A program made the position numbers and the translations under genes. A stretch of 30,787 nucleotides of DNA from Clostridiales bacterium (lineage in GTDB: Bacteria; Bacillota; Clostridia; Oscillospirales; QAMX01), in NCBI GenBank assembly GCA_012841675.1, contig DUUG01000244.1, positions 1 through 30,787 of the forward strand, read 5' to 3'. The notes below the pieces were generated by a model. The model was not told the DNA's origin. It ran no database searches and saw nothing but the letters and a program-made list of their open reading frames with translations. Positions 8,807 through 17,273 of this stretch are shown here, piece after piece (the first letter of the stretch is position 1; every line of letters begins with the position of its first letter).

Positions 8807-10120
8807 ATGAAAGTTACTTTCATGGGTGCAGGAAGCACCATTTTTTCCAAAAACGTCTTGGGCGACATTATGCTCACACCCGAGCTTCACGACACGGAAA
8901 TTGCCCTTTACGATATTGATGAGGCTCGGCTTAACGAAAGCTTTATGATGCTTTCGAACATCAACCGCAACATGAACGAAAACCGCGCTAAAATCAAAAC
9001 GTATCTGGGCGTTTCCAATCGCCGGGAAGCATTGGCCGGAGCAGATTGTGTGGTAAACGCCATCCAAGTCGGCGGGTATGACCCCTGCACCATTATTGAC
9101 TTTGAAATTCCCAAGAAATACGGCCTGCGGCAGACCATTGCCGACACCTTAGGCATCGGCGGCATTATGCGCGCTTTGCGCACCATTCCCGTTTTGGACG
9201 ACTTCATGAAGGATATGGAAGCCGTCTGCCCCAAGGCGCTGTTTATTAACTATTCCAACCCCATGTCCATGCTGACGGGCTATGTGCAGAGAACTTCTTT
9301 TATCCAGTCTGTGGGCCTTTGCCACAGCTGGCAGGGCTGTGCGAAGCACATCCTAAAAAACATGGGCATGGACTACAACGACCGCTACCAGTGGAAAATC
9401 GCCGGCATCAACCACATGGCTTGGCTGCTGGAGCTTAGAGACGACAAGGGCAACGACCTGTATCCCGAGTTGAAGCGCCGCTCTTTGGAAATGGGCACCG
9501 ACAAGGGGCCTGACCGAGTGCGCCGTGAGCTTATGCACAGAATCGGCTACTACATCACCGAATCCAGCGAGCACAACGCCGAATACAGCATGTGGTTTAT
9601 CAAAGACCGCTATCCCGAGCTTATCGAGCGGTTTAATATCCCCCTGGACGAATATCCCCGCCGCTGCGTCCACCAGATTGAAAACTGGGAGAAACAGCGG
9701 GACGAGCTGGTCAACAACGCCAACCTCACGCACAAAAAGTCCAACGAGTATGCCGCCAGTATTCTCGAAGCCATGATCACCAACAAGCCCTTCAAACTCG
9801 GCGGCAACGTTTTAAACAATGGCATCATCCCGAACCTGCCGGCGGAAGCCTGCGTGGAGGTTCCCTGCCTTATCGACGCTTCCGGCGTTCAGCCTTGCTA
9901 CGTAGGTCCCCTGCCTGTCCAGTGCGCCGCTATGAACATGACCAACATTAACGTGCATCTTTTGACCATTGAGGCCGCCATGACCCGCAAGAAAGAGCAT
10001 ATCTACCATGCCGCTATGCTGGATCCCCACACGGGCGCCGAGCTGAGCATTGACGACATCTACGCCATGGTGGATGAGCTTATTGAGGCCCACGGCGACT
10101 GGCTGCCCAAGTTTGACTAA
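8807..10120 (+). CDS. melA: GH4 NAD+-dependent glycosidase, probably alpha-galactosidase
   Basis: KVTFMGAGS, DFEIPKKYGLRQTIADTLGIGG, NYSNPM, GLCHS, AGINHMAW, TESSEHNAEY. Specificity is inferred from the CHS-type motif. Confidence 0.85.
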   Translation: MKVTFMGAGSTIFSKNVLGDIMLTPELHDTEIALYDIDEARLNESFMMLSNINRNMNENRAKIKTYLGVSNRREALAGADCVVNAIQVGGYDPCTIIDFEIPKKYGLRQTIADTLGIGGIMRALRTIPVLDDFMKDMEAVCPKALFINYSNPMSMLTGYVQRTSFIQSVGLCHSWQGCAKHILKNMGMDYNDRYQWKIAGINHMAWLLELRDDKGNDLYPELKRRSLEMGTDKGPDRVRRELMHRIGYYITESSEHNAEYSMWFIKDRYPELIERFNIPLDEYPRRCVHQIENWEKQRDELVNNANLTHKKSNEYAASILEAMITNKPFKLGGNVLNNGIIPNLPAEACVEVPCLIDASGVQPCYVGPLPVQCAAMNMTNINVHLLTIEAAMTRKKEHIYHAAMLDPHTGAELSIDDIYAMVDELIEAHGDWLPKFD

Positions 10121-10758
10121 TGAAAAAGTGGGTTTGGGCCGCCCCGGCACTTGTCTTTCTTGTGTCGCTGGGCTTGGTGTTGTATCTTCGGGCCAAGGAC
10201 GTTTCTCCTGCGCTGTTAATCAGTTCCGTTGAGCCGCAGCCTTGGGCTTCCTTATCGGAAACGGACGTTGTAACGCTTTTGGAGCAAAATCTGCCTGCCT
10301 TTGAGGCGGCGGCTTTGGGCGGCGAGCTTCCCGAAGGAGTTATCGAGCGGACGGAAGGCGGCGTGCTTATATTAGAGCGCCGCCCCGGCGGCTTTGTGCA
10401 AGCGCTACTAGCGGAGGGGGCGGTTTCACCCGAACACGAAAAGGCCATTAACGCCAAGACGACGCAACGGGCCTTGCCGGTGGCAGGGTGGACGTATGTT
10501 TTATCCTACGACATCCCGCTGGCACAGTCCCACCGCTACGCCGCGGTAGTCTCCGCAAGACTGGCCGATAGGCAGCCTTTGGCAAAGCCCACGGAGGAAT
10601 GGGTTTTCCTTCTGGCGGAAAAGGAAGGGCTTGCAGAGCCTGCTTCCTATTCTAAAAGCGCCTATGTCGTAAAGGTTTTCGTTCCCATGCAAGACGGTTC
10701 GGTAGTAACCGGCTTTGTGGACCCGAAAAACTATTTTTTCCTTGGATTTGCAGAATAG
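10120..10758 (+). CDS. Hypothetical membrane-anchored/exported protein
   Basis: 212-aa ORF whose start overlaps the GH4 stop (TAATG). N-terminus MKK plus a hydrophobic stretch (WVWAAPALVFLVSLGLVLYL). Ends just before a terminator. No family recognised. Confidence 0.65.
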   Translation: MKKWVWAAPALVFLVSLGLVLYLRAKDVSPALLISSVEPQPWASLSETDVVTLLEQNLPAFEAAALGGELPEGVIERTEGGVLILERRPGGFVQALLAEGAVSPEHEKAINAKTTQRALPVAGWTYVLSYDIPLAQSHRYAAVVSARLADRQPLAKPTEEWVFLLAEKEGLAEPASYSKSAYVVKVFVPMQDGSVVTGFVDPKNYFFLGFAE

Positions 10759-10762
10759 TTTC

Positions 10763-10793
10763 AAAAGCCTGCGGTTTTCCGCAGGCTTTTTTT
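10763..10793. terminator. Intrinsic terminator, probably bidirectional, between convergent genes
   Basis: AAAAGCCTGCGG-TTTT-CCGCAGGCTTTTTTT. Confidence 0.88.
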
Positions 10794-11234
10794 CTAAAGG
10801 GCAAAGCGGTAGATTTTCACCTGCCGCTTGCCTTCGGCGTACATTTCGTTATCTTCCGGCACGGCCGCTACTTCCACCAGCTCTCCGCCGGCAATTTCAC
10901 ACGTTCTGGCGGAGGCAATATTGTCCGGCGTGCAGGTGATGTATACGTGGTCAAGCCTATGCTTTTGCGCCTGGGCAAACAGCAAACGGCAGGCTTTTGC
11001 CGCGTATCGGCGCCCCCGGTAAGGCTCGTCAATGCCGTAGCCGATGTTGCCGCCCATATAGGTTTTCTCGTTGTGTCCGATTCGCAAGTCGCAGTGGCCT
11101 ACTTTTGTGCCGTCTAATAAGCAAATGTCGAAATAATAGGCGGGAAGCCATCTTTTTTCCGGCTGTGCTTCGGAGGTTTTCGAAAGATTTAGGAAAATTT
11201 CGTCTGATTTTAAGTCCTCTGTGCCAAAAAACAT
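10794..11234 (-). CDS. GNAT-family N-acetyltransferase
   Basis: GHCDLRIG, GGNIGYGIDEPYRGRRYA, ITCTPDNIASARTCE. Start moved to ATG 11234 (AAGGAG upstream) rather than 11321. Confidence 0.85.
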   Translation of the reverse strand: MFFGTEDLKSDEIFLNLSKTSEAQPEKRWLPAYYFDICLLDGTKVGHCDLRIGHNEKTYMGGNIGYGIDEPYRGRRYAAKACRLLFAQAQKHRLDHVYITCTPDNIASARTCEIAGGELVEVAAVPEDNEMYAEGKRQVKIYRFAL

Positions 11235-11313
11235 AAAAATCTCCTTTTCTACCCGATTATCCCCGCGAGTCATTACCTTGCAATAGCGGTGGCCGTTCCT
11301 GCCGCGTTTTTCC

Positions 11314-12303
11314 TCATCCAAGCTTTTCGCCCCAGTATTTTTTCTTCTGCTCCTTGGTTAGGGTCCTAGCAAACGCCTGCTTTAAAAGCAGAAAATGCTC
11401 TAATTTGTCAAACAAATAATACAGGCAGGCCCTTGCTTCAAATTCCTCTCTTGTCTTTGGCAGCTCGCTTTGCCGGAAAGAGGCTCGAATGTCTGCCGCG
11501 TCTTGCCCCAGCAGGTCTGCGTTGTTTGTTTCATGGAAGCTGTCGGCAATTTCCCGTAAAAAGTGTATAATCTGGCCGGTTTGCGCAGGAAACGCCTGCA
11601 ATTTGGCCATTTCGGCCTGCATCCGCTTTAAAATGTAGAACTGGTTTTTGCGCAAATCCACATATTCCTGATAATAGCGCAGATCCGACCAAAGGGCGTT
11701 TTTGACTGTGCGCTCGGCTTGTGCCTCCGCTCTTGCAAGGCTTTGCTCCAGCTCGGACAACGCAGTCCAATCCACCTCGCAACCGCATTCCAGCCCCTCG
11801 GCCATGGTTCGCAGCACTGACTGAATCAGGCCGTCCAGCTCCTGCTGCAAAGTGCGGATGCGCCCTTCGGAAACGGGGAGAAACAAGTTGAGCAAAACTC
11901 CCATGCCCACACCGATGACCAGCAAGCCTAGCTCGTTTGCTATAAGTGTGGGCGCCATGCTTTTTTCCACCCAAAAGTGGGTGATTAAGACGGAGAGCAT
12001 GGCCACGGAATTTTCCATCCCTCTCCAGATGCATAAGGCGCCAAATAAGAGAAAGTAAAGCCCCAGCCCTAGTAAGCTATACCCCAGCAGGAAAAACGAG
12101 GCCCACGCGAAACAGAGCGCCACAGCAAAGATCAAAAGCCGCTACAAGGCTGTTTGCAGAGTTTCCTTTTTGGTTTCCTGCAAGCTAAGCAGGGTAATAA
12201 TCCCTGCCGACGGGGCATAGGCAAGCCCAAACGCCAGCGCTATGGCGATACTGGCGCAAGCGCCCACGGCGGCCTTGGCAATGTTTACAATGCGTTCCGA
12301 CAA
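11314..12303 (-). pseudogene. Aromatic acid exporter family 1 (DUF939/FUSC-like) gene interrupted by one in-frame TAG at 12142-12144
   Basis: TTG start at 12303 behind GGAGGTG. Track ORFs 12142..12414 and 11314..12135 are in the same frame: ...SAGIITLLSLQETKKETLQTAL-TAG-RLLIFAVALCF...LITHF...ELPKTREEFEARA. The joined reading is 329 codons. Confidence 0.75.
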
Positions 12304-12481
12304 TTTTGACACCTCCCGAAGGGTAAGTGAAGATAGTTTTGGCAAAACCTTGGCAAGTTTTTTAAGGTTTCTATTTCTATTGTGTGCAGAAAGGGCCATA
12401 TCATATGAAGCCACGAGCCATTTTTCTGTTTTATCATAAAGAGGGCTCGTTTGGTAAGTTTCCCATTTTGGAGGTCTATGT

Positions 12482-13033
12482 ATGTTTATCCGTTATCAAA
12501 ACCTGACCATCCGCAACGCCACACCCGAAGATGCGCCTATACTGTGCCGTTGGTGGAACGACGGAAGCGTTATGGCCCATGCGGGCTTCCCCAACGGATT
12601 AAGCACAACGGTGGAAAAAATCATCCAACAGCTTTCCACCGATTCGGACGATACGTACCGGCGCCTGATGATCGAAGTGGACAATTCCCCCGCCGGGGAA
12701 ATGAGCTATCGAAACGTCGGGCAGCAGACGGCAGAAATCGGCGTTAAAATCTGCGACGCGAGCAGGCAGAACAAGGGGCACGGCACCTTGTTTCTGAAAA
12801 TGCTGATTTCTGCGCTGTTTGCCAAAGGGTATGAGAGGATTATCCTGGATACGAATCTGAAGAATACGCGGGCACAGCATGTGTATGAAAAAATCGGGTT
12901 TCGAAAGCTTCGCGTAAATTATAACGCTTGGAAAGACCAGCTGGGCGTTTGGCAGTCTTCTGTGGAGTATGCGCTTATAAAGCCAGATTTTATTCCCTTG
13001 GAAATTTCCTCTGCTCTATCATACACTAAATAA
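12482..13033 (+). CDS. GNAT-family (RimJ/RimL-like) N-acetyltransferase
   Basis: LTIRNATPEDA, GEMSYR, AEIGVKICD..QNKGHG, ILDTNLKNTRAQHVYEKIGF. RBS GGAGG. Confidence 0.85.
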   Translation: MFIRYQNLTIRNATPEDAPILCRWWNDGSVMAHAGFPNGLSTTVEKIIQQLSTDSDDTYRRLMIEVDNSPAGEMSYRNVGQQTAEIGVKICDASRQNKGHGTLFLKMLISALFAKGYERIILDTNLKNTRAQHVYEKIGFRKLRVNYNAWKDQLGVWQSSVEYALIKPDFIPLEISSALSYTK

Positions 13034-13060
13034 GGCGACATTCCAGCCGAAGACTTTACG

Positions 13061-13091
13061 TTATCCACATTTTTATAAAAGATGTGGATAA
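13061..13091. promoter_or_regulatory. Inverted pair of perfect DnaA boxes
   Basis: TTATCCACA at 13061-13069 and TGTGGATAA at 13083-13091, in the GNAT/jag convergent intergenic region. Confidence 0.8.
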
Positions 13092-13176
13092 CTTTGAGCA
13101 AATGGGACTTTACATAAAGTTTTCTTGCGGTATGCCGGTACCCTCAGTAGTGCGGAGAAAACGTCTGGCCTAATAG

Positions 13177-13209
13177 AAAAAAGGCGCAAACCTAAGGTTT
13201 GCGCCTTTT
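13177..13209 (-). terminator. Intrinsic terminator of the rnpA-yidD-yidC-jag operon
   Basis: 14-bp stem AAAAGGCGCAAACC-TAA-GGTTTGCGCCTTTT. The A-run at 13177-13182 gives a U-tract on the minus strand. Immediately after the jag stop. Confidence 0.9.
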
Positions 13210-13211
13210 GC

Positions 13212-13997
13212 TTATGCTTCTTCTGTTTTTACTTGTGTGTTTTGGGATTTCGGGCGAGGGCGCCGACGGCGTTGATTGTTTCTTGACGCAGGCTTAGGAG
13301 CCTGGCTCCCACCGCTTTGCTCGACTTTGGATTCTTTTCGGGCTTCGTTTGCCCTTTGGGAGTTTTGGTTCACGACAATAACGCGCCGTTTCGGATCCTT
13401 GCCAACGGAATGGGTGCTGATGCCGGGGTAATTCTGCAGCACCGTGTGGATGACCCGACGCTCCTGGGGAGACATGGGTTCAAGGGAAATGTTTTTCTTA
13501 TATATAATGGCCTTTTCCGCCGTTTTCTTTGCGAGCCTTTCTAGGGATTCCATGCGCTTTTCGCGGTAGTTTTCCGTGTCCAGATTGACCCGAACGTGGC
13601 GTTCTTCGCCCCGATTGACAACAAGCCCGGTCAGATACTGAAGCGCATCCAGGGTTTCGCCCCGCCGGCCAATTAAAATGCCCATTTCATTTCCTTCGAG
13701 GGTAATATCTAAGCTTTCCGTGGTTTCTTTCAAGTTAATTTTCGCGTCTAAATGCATCAGGCGGAACAGATCGGAAAGAAAATCTTCGGCTTTTTGGCTT
13801 ACGCCTACTTCATAATACACACGGACTTTTGCCGTTACACCGCCCAAACCGAAAAAGCCGGTTTTGCCTTTTTCTAAAAGCTCATACGTGACGCTTTCAC
13901 GAGGCAGTCCGAGCTCGGCCGTAGCCTTCTGGATGGCGTCTGCCAATGCATCATTGATGTTTTTCGCCTGTCCCTCCACGTCTATATATTTATTCAT
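13212..13997 (-). CDS. jag: Jag/EloR/KhpB RNA-binding protein (Jag_N, KH, R3H)
   Basis: LLEKGKTGFFGLG, GILIGRRGETLDALQYL, LDTENYR, MSPQERRVIHTVL. Downstream of yidC. Confidence 0.95.
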   Translation of the reverse strand: MNKYIDVEGQAKNINDALADAIQKATAELGLPRESVTYELLEKGKTGFFGLGGVTAKVRVYYEVGVSQKAEDFLSDLFRLMHLDAKINLKETTESLDITLEGNEMGILIGRRGETLDALQYLTGLVVNRGEERHVRVNLDTENYREKRMESLERLAKKTAEKAIIYKKNISLEPMSPQERRVIHTVLQNYPGISTHSVGKDPKRRVIVVNQNSQRANEARKESKVEQSGGSQAPKPASRNNQRRRRPRPKSQNTQVKTEEA

Positions 13998-14017
13998 CGG
14001 ATGTTTCTCCTTTTTCC

Positions 14018-15010
14018 TTATTCGGACGGGTCCACTTCCTCACCCGTCGACTCAACGGCCGGGGGCGCCTTCTTTTTGGCTTTCTCCTCCACCACGGGCA
14101 TGCCGCCATACTTTTTCTCGGCAATGGAATTCAAAAGCGGTTCCTGTGCGATGGATAGAATGTTATTCACAATCCAGTAAAGCGTTACACCGGCAGGCAG
14201 TGAAAGACCGATCCAGAGAGATAGAAGCGGCATGGTATACAGCATACCTTTGCCCATAGATGCTGCCTGTTCGGCGCCGGTGACCCCATCGTTCATTTTG
14301 GCATTGGTTCTCTGGGCAAGCCAGCCTTGCAAATACGCGAAGAAAGCCGACAAAATCGGCAAAATCATCAGCGTGTTAAACGGCCGATACGACGGCATGC
14401 TGCCCAAATCGAGCCCTAGGAAGTTAAAATTAATATTAAACAGCTTGTTATGCGTGTCCTGCAGGGCAGGCACGTTGCCGTTCATGGCGTGAGCCAGTCT
14501 CAGCTCATTGACCATTTTGCCGCCTTCGCTAAGCTGTTTTTCCAGCGTGGTAAAGAACTCTTCGGGCAGATTGTTCTGGTTTACATACGTTCCCTCTTTG
14601 TACATGGAAACGATTTCATTGCCGACGGTGTTAATCTGCTCCGAGTCCATATACATGAGATGAGTCATGGGGCGATACACAACGCCGTACAGACCCATCA
14701 GAATGGGAATAGTAATCAGAAGGGGCAGACAGCCGCCCATAAGGCTTACGCCTTCGCTTTTGTAAAGCTTCTGGATCTCTTCATTGAGCTTCTGCGGATT
14801 TCCCTTATATTTCTTTTCCAAAGCAGCGCGTTTAGGCGCAATGCGGCGCTGATCCAGCATGCCTTTTTTGCTTTTCAGCTGAAACGGGAAGAGAAGAATC
14901 TTCGTCAGAAGCGTAAACAAAATAATAGCAAGTCCGAAATTTGAGGTGATGGCGGTCATTATAAACCGCATGATAAGGGCAAAAAAATCGGTTACGAGTG
15001 GGATATACAT
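14018..15010 (-). CDS. yidC: Membrane protein insertase YidC/SpoIIIJ
   Basis: NFGLAIILFTLLTKILLFP, GGCLPLLITIPILMGLYGVV, FLGLDL, PAGVTLYWIVNN. Start ATG 15010 after GAGGAA. Confidence 0.93.
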   Translation of the reverse strand: MYIPLVTDFFALIMRFIMTAITSNFGLAIILFTLLTKILLFPFQLKSKKGMLDQRRIAPKRAALEKKYKGNPQKLNEEIQKLYKSEGVSLMGGCLPLLITIPILMGLYGVVYRPMTHLMYMDSEQINTVGNEIVSMYKEGTYVNQNNLPEEFFTTLEKQLSEGGKMVNELRLAHAMNGNVPALQDTHNKLFNINFNFLGLDLGSMPSYRPFNTLMILPILSAFFAYLQGWLAQRTNAKMNDGVTGAEQAASMGKGMLYTMPLLSLWIGLSLPAGVTLYWIVNNILSIAQEPLLNSIAEKKYGGMPVVEEKAKKKAPPAVESTGEEVDPSE

Positions 15011-15143
15011 AGATTTCCTCCGTATTATATGCCATATGCGAAGGCTTCCCCTGATTTTCACATACAAGGCTCCCTAAACCCTGCAATCATCCGGCGCAAA
15101 TAACGCAAGATAGGTCACTCTTTTGGCCTGTTTAGAAGTTAGT

Positions 15144-15353
15144 TCAAGGGACCGGGTCGTATCCCCCCGGATGCAGCGGATGGCATTTCAATAGGCGCTT
15201 AAACGCCAAAAATCCGCCCTTAAGCGCACCGTATTTTGTTACGGCTTCGTGGGCGTAGGCAGAACAGGTAGGAATAAAGCGGCAGCAAGGTTTCTTAAAC
15301 GGGGATATTTTCGCTCGATAAAAGTTGATTAACCAAAGTATCGCCTTTTTCAT
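15144..15353 (-). CDS. yidD: Membrane protein insertion efficiency factor YidD
   Basis: [18 protein letters not shown]...[13 protein letters not shown]. Confidence 0.96.
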   Translation of the reverse strand: MKKAILWLINFYRAKISPFKKPCCRFIPTCSAYAHEAVTKYGALKGGFLAFKRLLKCHPLHPGGYDPVP

Positions 15354-15697
15354 GGCTTTTCTACCGTCATCAAACCGTTTTTGATAAAAATCCGGTCAAA
15401 ATCCCGCTCCAGCCTGGAAAAGGGCGCCCCGATTAAAGCCGCTCTCGCAACGATGACAATATCATACCCGGGAACCATGCGTTCCTCCCGGATGCGATAC
15501 ATTTCCCGGATACGCCGTTTTAAGCGATTCCGGACAACGGCCCCGCCCAATTTTGCGCTTACCGTTATCCCAAGCCGCTGGCCGCGGCCACCATTTCTCC
15601 GGAAATAGACGGCAATGGTTTTCGAAAAGTCTTTCTTTCCGCGCCTATATAACCGGTGAAAATCGGCATTTTGGTTTAAAGATTTCGTAAAGCGCAT
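15350..15697 (-). CDS. rnpA: Ribonuclease P protein component
   Basis: [25 protein letters not shown] (RNR motif) and position in the operon. Confidence 0.96.
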   Translation of the reverse strand: MRFTKSLNQNADFHRLYRRGKKDFSKTIAVYFRRNGGRGQRLGITVSAKLGGAVVRNRLKRRIREMYRIREERMVPGYDIVIVARAALIGAPFSRLERDFDRIFIKNGLMTVEKP

Positions 15698-15864
15698 GGC
15701 TCCTCCTTAAGCCGGGTACTTTTCCCGCCGCAATCGAAGATAACACAACTGCCCCCTTTGGGAAAGGGGGTCTTTTATGGTTTTTCTCCGGCGCAGAGCC
15801 GTTTCCCAAATAAAGCAACACCGGCAGGCAAAAACCGGCCGGCAGGGTGCTTTGTTTGGCAGGA

Positions 15865-15999
15865 TTAATGCGTCAGACGCGCCCGCCCTTTAGCCCTTCT
15901 GCGAGCCAAAACCTTCCGGCCAGCGGATGTCTGCATACGGGCGCGGAAACCGCATTTCCTGCTCCGTTTCCGTTTTTTGGGCTGATATGTTCTCAGCAT
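15865..15999 (-). CDS. rpmH: 50S ribosomal protein L34
   Basis: [44 protein letters not shown], 44 aa. RBS GAGGTG. Confidence 0.97.
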   Translation of the reverse strand: MLRTYQPKKRKRSRKCGFRARMQTSAGRKVLARRRAKGRARLTH

Positions 16000-16109
16000 C
16001 TTGTTCACCTCCGTTGCCTGCAAAGTTTGGTACGCAGTATATACAAAAGCCGGGGCGGCAAGAAAACACCGCATAAAACCCCACTTTGTAAATCTCAGCG
16101 TGGAGTTTT

Positions 16110-16139
16110 ATTATATATCAATCTATGCCCTCATGTCAA
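16110..16139 (-). promoter_or_regulatory. sigmaA-type promoter for rpmH
   Basis: Minus strand TTGACA-N18-TATAAT (plus strand TGTCAA 16134-16139, ATTATA 16110-16115). The -35 lies within the last codons of the upstream kinase gene. Confidence 0.7.
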
Positions 16140-17105
16140 CTGTTTTTGGCGATCCGCACCTGTATTTTGGGCTGCCGAGCGGTTTTCCGGCCATATCTGC
16201 CGGTTTCCCGATGGAATCCAAAACCTGATTTTTTGGTCTGAAAGGGAAACTTTTATACTCTTTTCAAACGAAATTTCCCCGTCTAGGTTTTGCGTAATGG
16301 GTTTTTCCGCCTCAATTAGCATAGTTTTCCCGGAAAATCTTTGAAAATACTGCATCTTTTCTTTATACCTCCCCTGCTTGTAGTAGGAGATGGCGCCTGC
16401 CACCTTCCAACGCGACAGCTTTTTTACAAGCAGAAACTCAAGCTGTCCATCGCCGGGGTTTGCTTCGGGAACGGGGTGGAAGCCGCCTCCGTAGTAGCTT
16501 CCATTGGCCGCTACGATAATGATGTACTCCCCTTCCCAGGACTGCCCGTCCACCGTGACTCTGCATTTTTTTGTAAGGGGTTTGAAAAAGTTTAATATAA
16601 GCGACAAAATATACGCATTGCTGCCCGAAACCAAAGGCAAGCGTTTGAATTTTTTCATATCGTAGGCAACACGGGCATCCAGCCCCGAAGAAAAAATGTT
16701 CAAACAATATCGTCCATTGCACTCAATAAGATCCAGCGTCTGCTCGGATCCTTCCCAAAGCAGCTTCTCCATGTGGTAAAAGGCCGATCCGTTTTGTCCG
16801 AAGGTGCGGATAAAATCGTTGCCGCTTCCGCAGGGAAAATGGGTGACCAGTGCATTTTTAAAGCCTGCCGCACCGTTTACCACCTCGTTTAGAGTTCCGT
16901 CTCCGCCGCAGGCGACAAACAAGATATCTTCTTCTGTGGCTGCCGCCGCTTCTCTTACTGCTTGCTCCCCGTCGCCGGGATATTTTGTTACATAGGCTGT
17001 GTAGGGATAGGCATGGTCTACCATGATGTTATGAATTTTTTCTAACAGAAACTTGCTTTGATCTGTTTTTCCCGCAGCGGGGTTAATCACAAAAAAAATA
17101 TGCAC
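16131..17105 (-). CDS. YegS/DgkB/BmrU-family lipid (diacylglycerol) kinase
   Basis: INPAAG, ACGGDGTLNEVVNG, PCGSGNDF, GLDARVA, ANGSYYGGGF, NLDGE. GTG start. Confidence 0.9.
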   Translation of the reverse strand: MHIFFVINPAAGKTDQSKFLLEKIHNIMVDHAYPYTAYVTKYPGDGEQAVREAAAATEEDILFVACGGDGTLNEVVNGAAGFKNALVTHFPCGSGNDFIRTFGQNGSAFYHMEKLLWEGSEQTLDLIECNGRYCLNIFSSGLDARVAYDMKKFKRLPLVSGSNAYILSLILNFFKPLTKKCRVTVDGQSWEGEYIIIVAANGSYYGGGFHPVPEANPGDGQLEFLLVKKLSRWKVAGAISYYKQGRYKEKMQYFQRFSGKTMLIEAEKPITQNLDGEISFEKSIKVSLSDQKIRFWIPSGNRQIWPENRSAAQNTGADRQKQLT

Positions 17106-17244
17106 AGGCTTCTCTCATCTCCCGGTTTTTTATGCAATGGACACTTTGATTTTGCAAAATGTAGAGCGGGTTTTATAAATCCTTTTCTATTATACAACAT
17201 AGAGCAAATCTTTTTCAAATCCTTTGTCTGCCAATGATTTTAAT

Positions 17245-17273
17245 TTGCAATTTTTGTTAAAATCTGGTATGAT
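17245..17273 (+). promoter_or_regulatory. sigmaA-type promoter for dnaA
   Basis: TTGCAA (17245-17250)-N17-TATGAT (17268-17273), with an extended -10 TG. RBS TAGGAGG and GTG start at 17316. Confidence 0.72.

Noticed and set aside
8300-9067. Long antisense or overlapping ORFs (e.g. 8300-9067, 3768-4442, 4972-5718, 18090-18728, 28650-29123)
   Set aside because: They are shadows of well-supported genes on the opposite strand, with no recognisable motifs or RBS.
12142-12144. Genome-wide TAG reassignment (alternative genetic code)
   Set aside because: mnmE and dnaA end in TAG exactly at their expected C-termini, and no other gene in the window is interrupted.
3220-13049. CATTCCAGCCG present at 3220 and 13039, as possible insertion-site direct repeats
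   Set aside because: Roughly a hundred chance 11-mer repeats are expected in 30 kb, and the copies do not bound the inserted block (pduL lies outside them).
14450-14700. Large extracytoplasmic loop in YidC
   Set aside because: By my recall such loops are common in clostridial YidC, so it is not distinctive.
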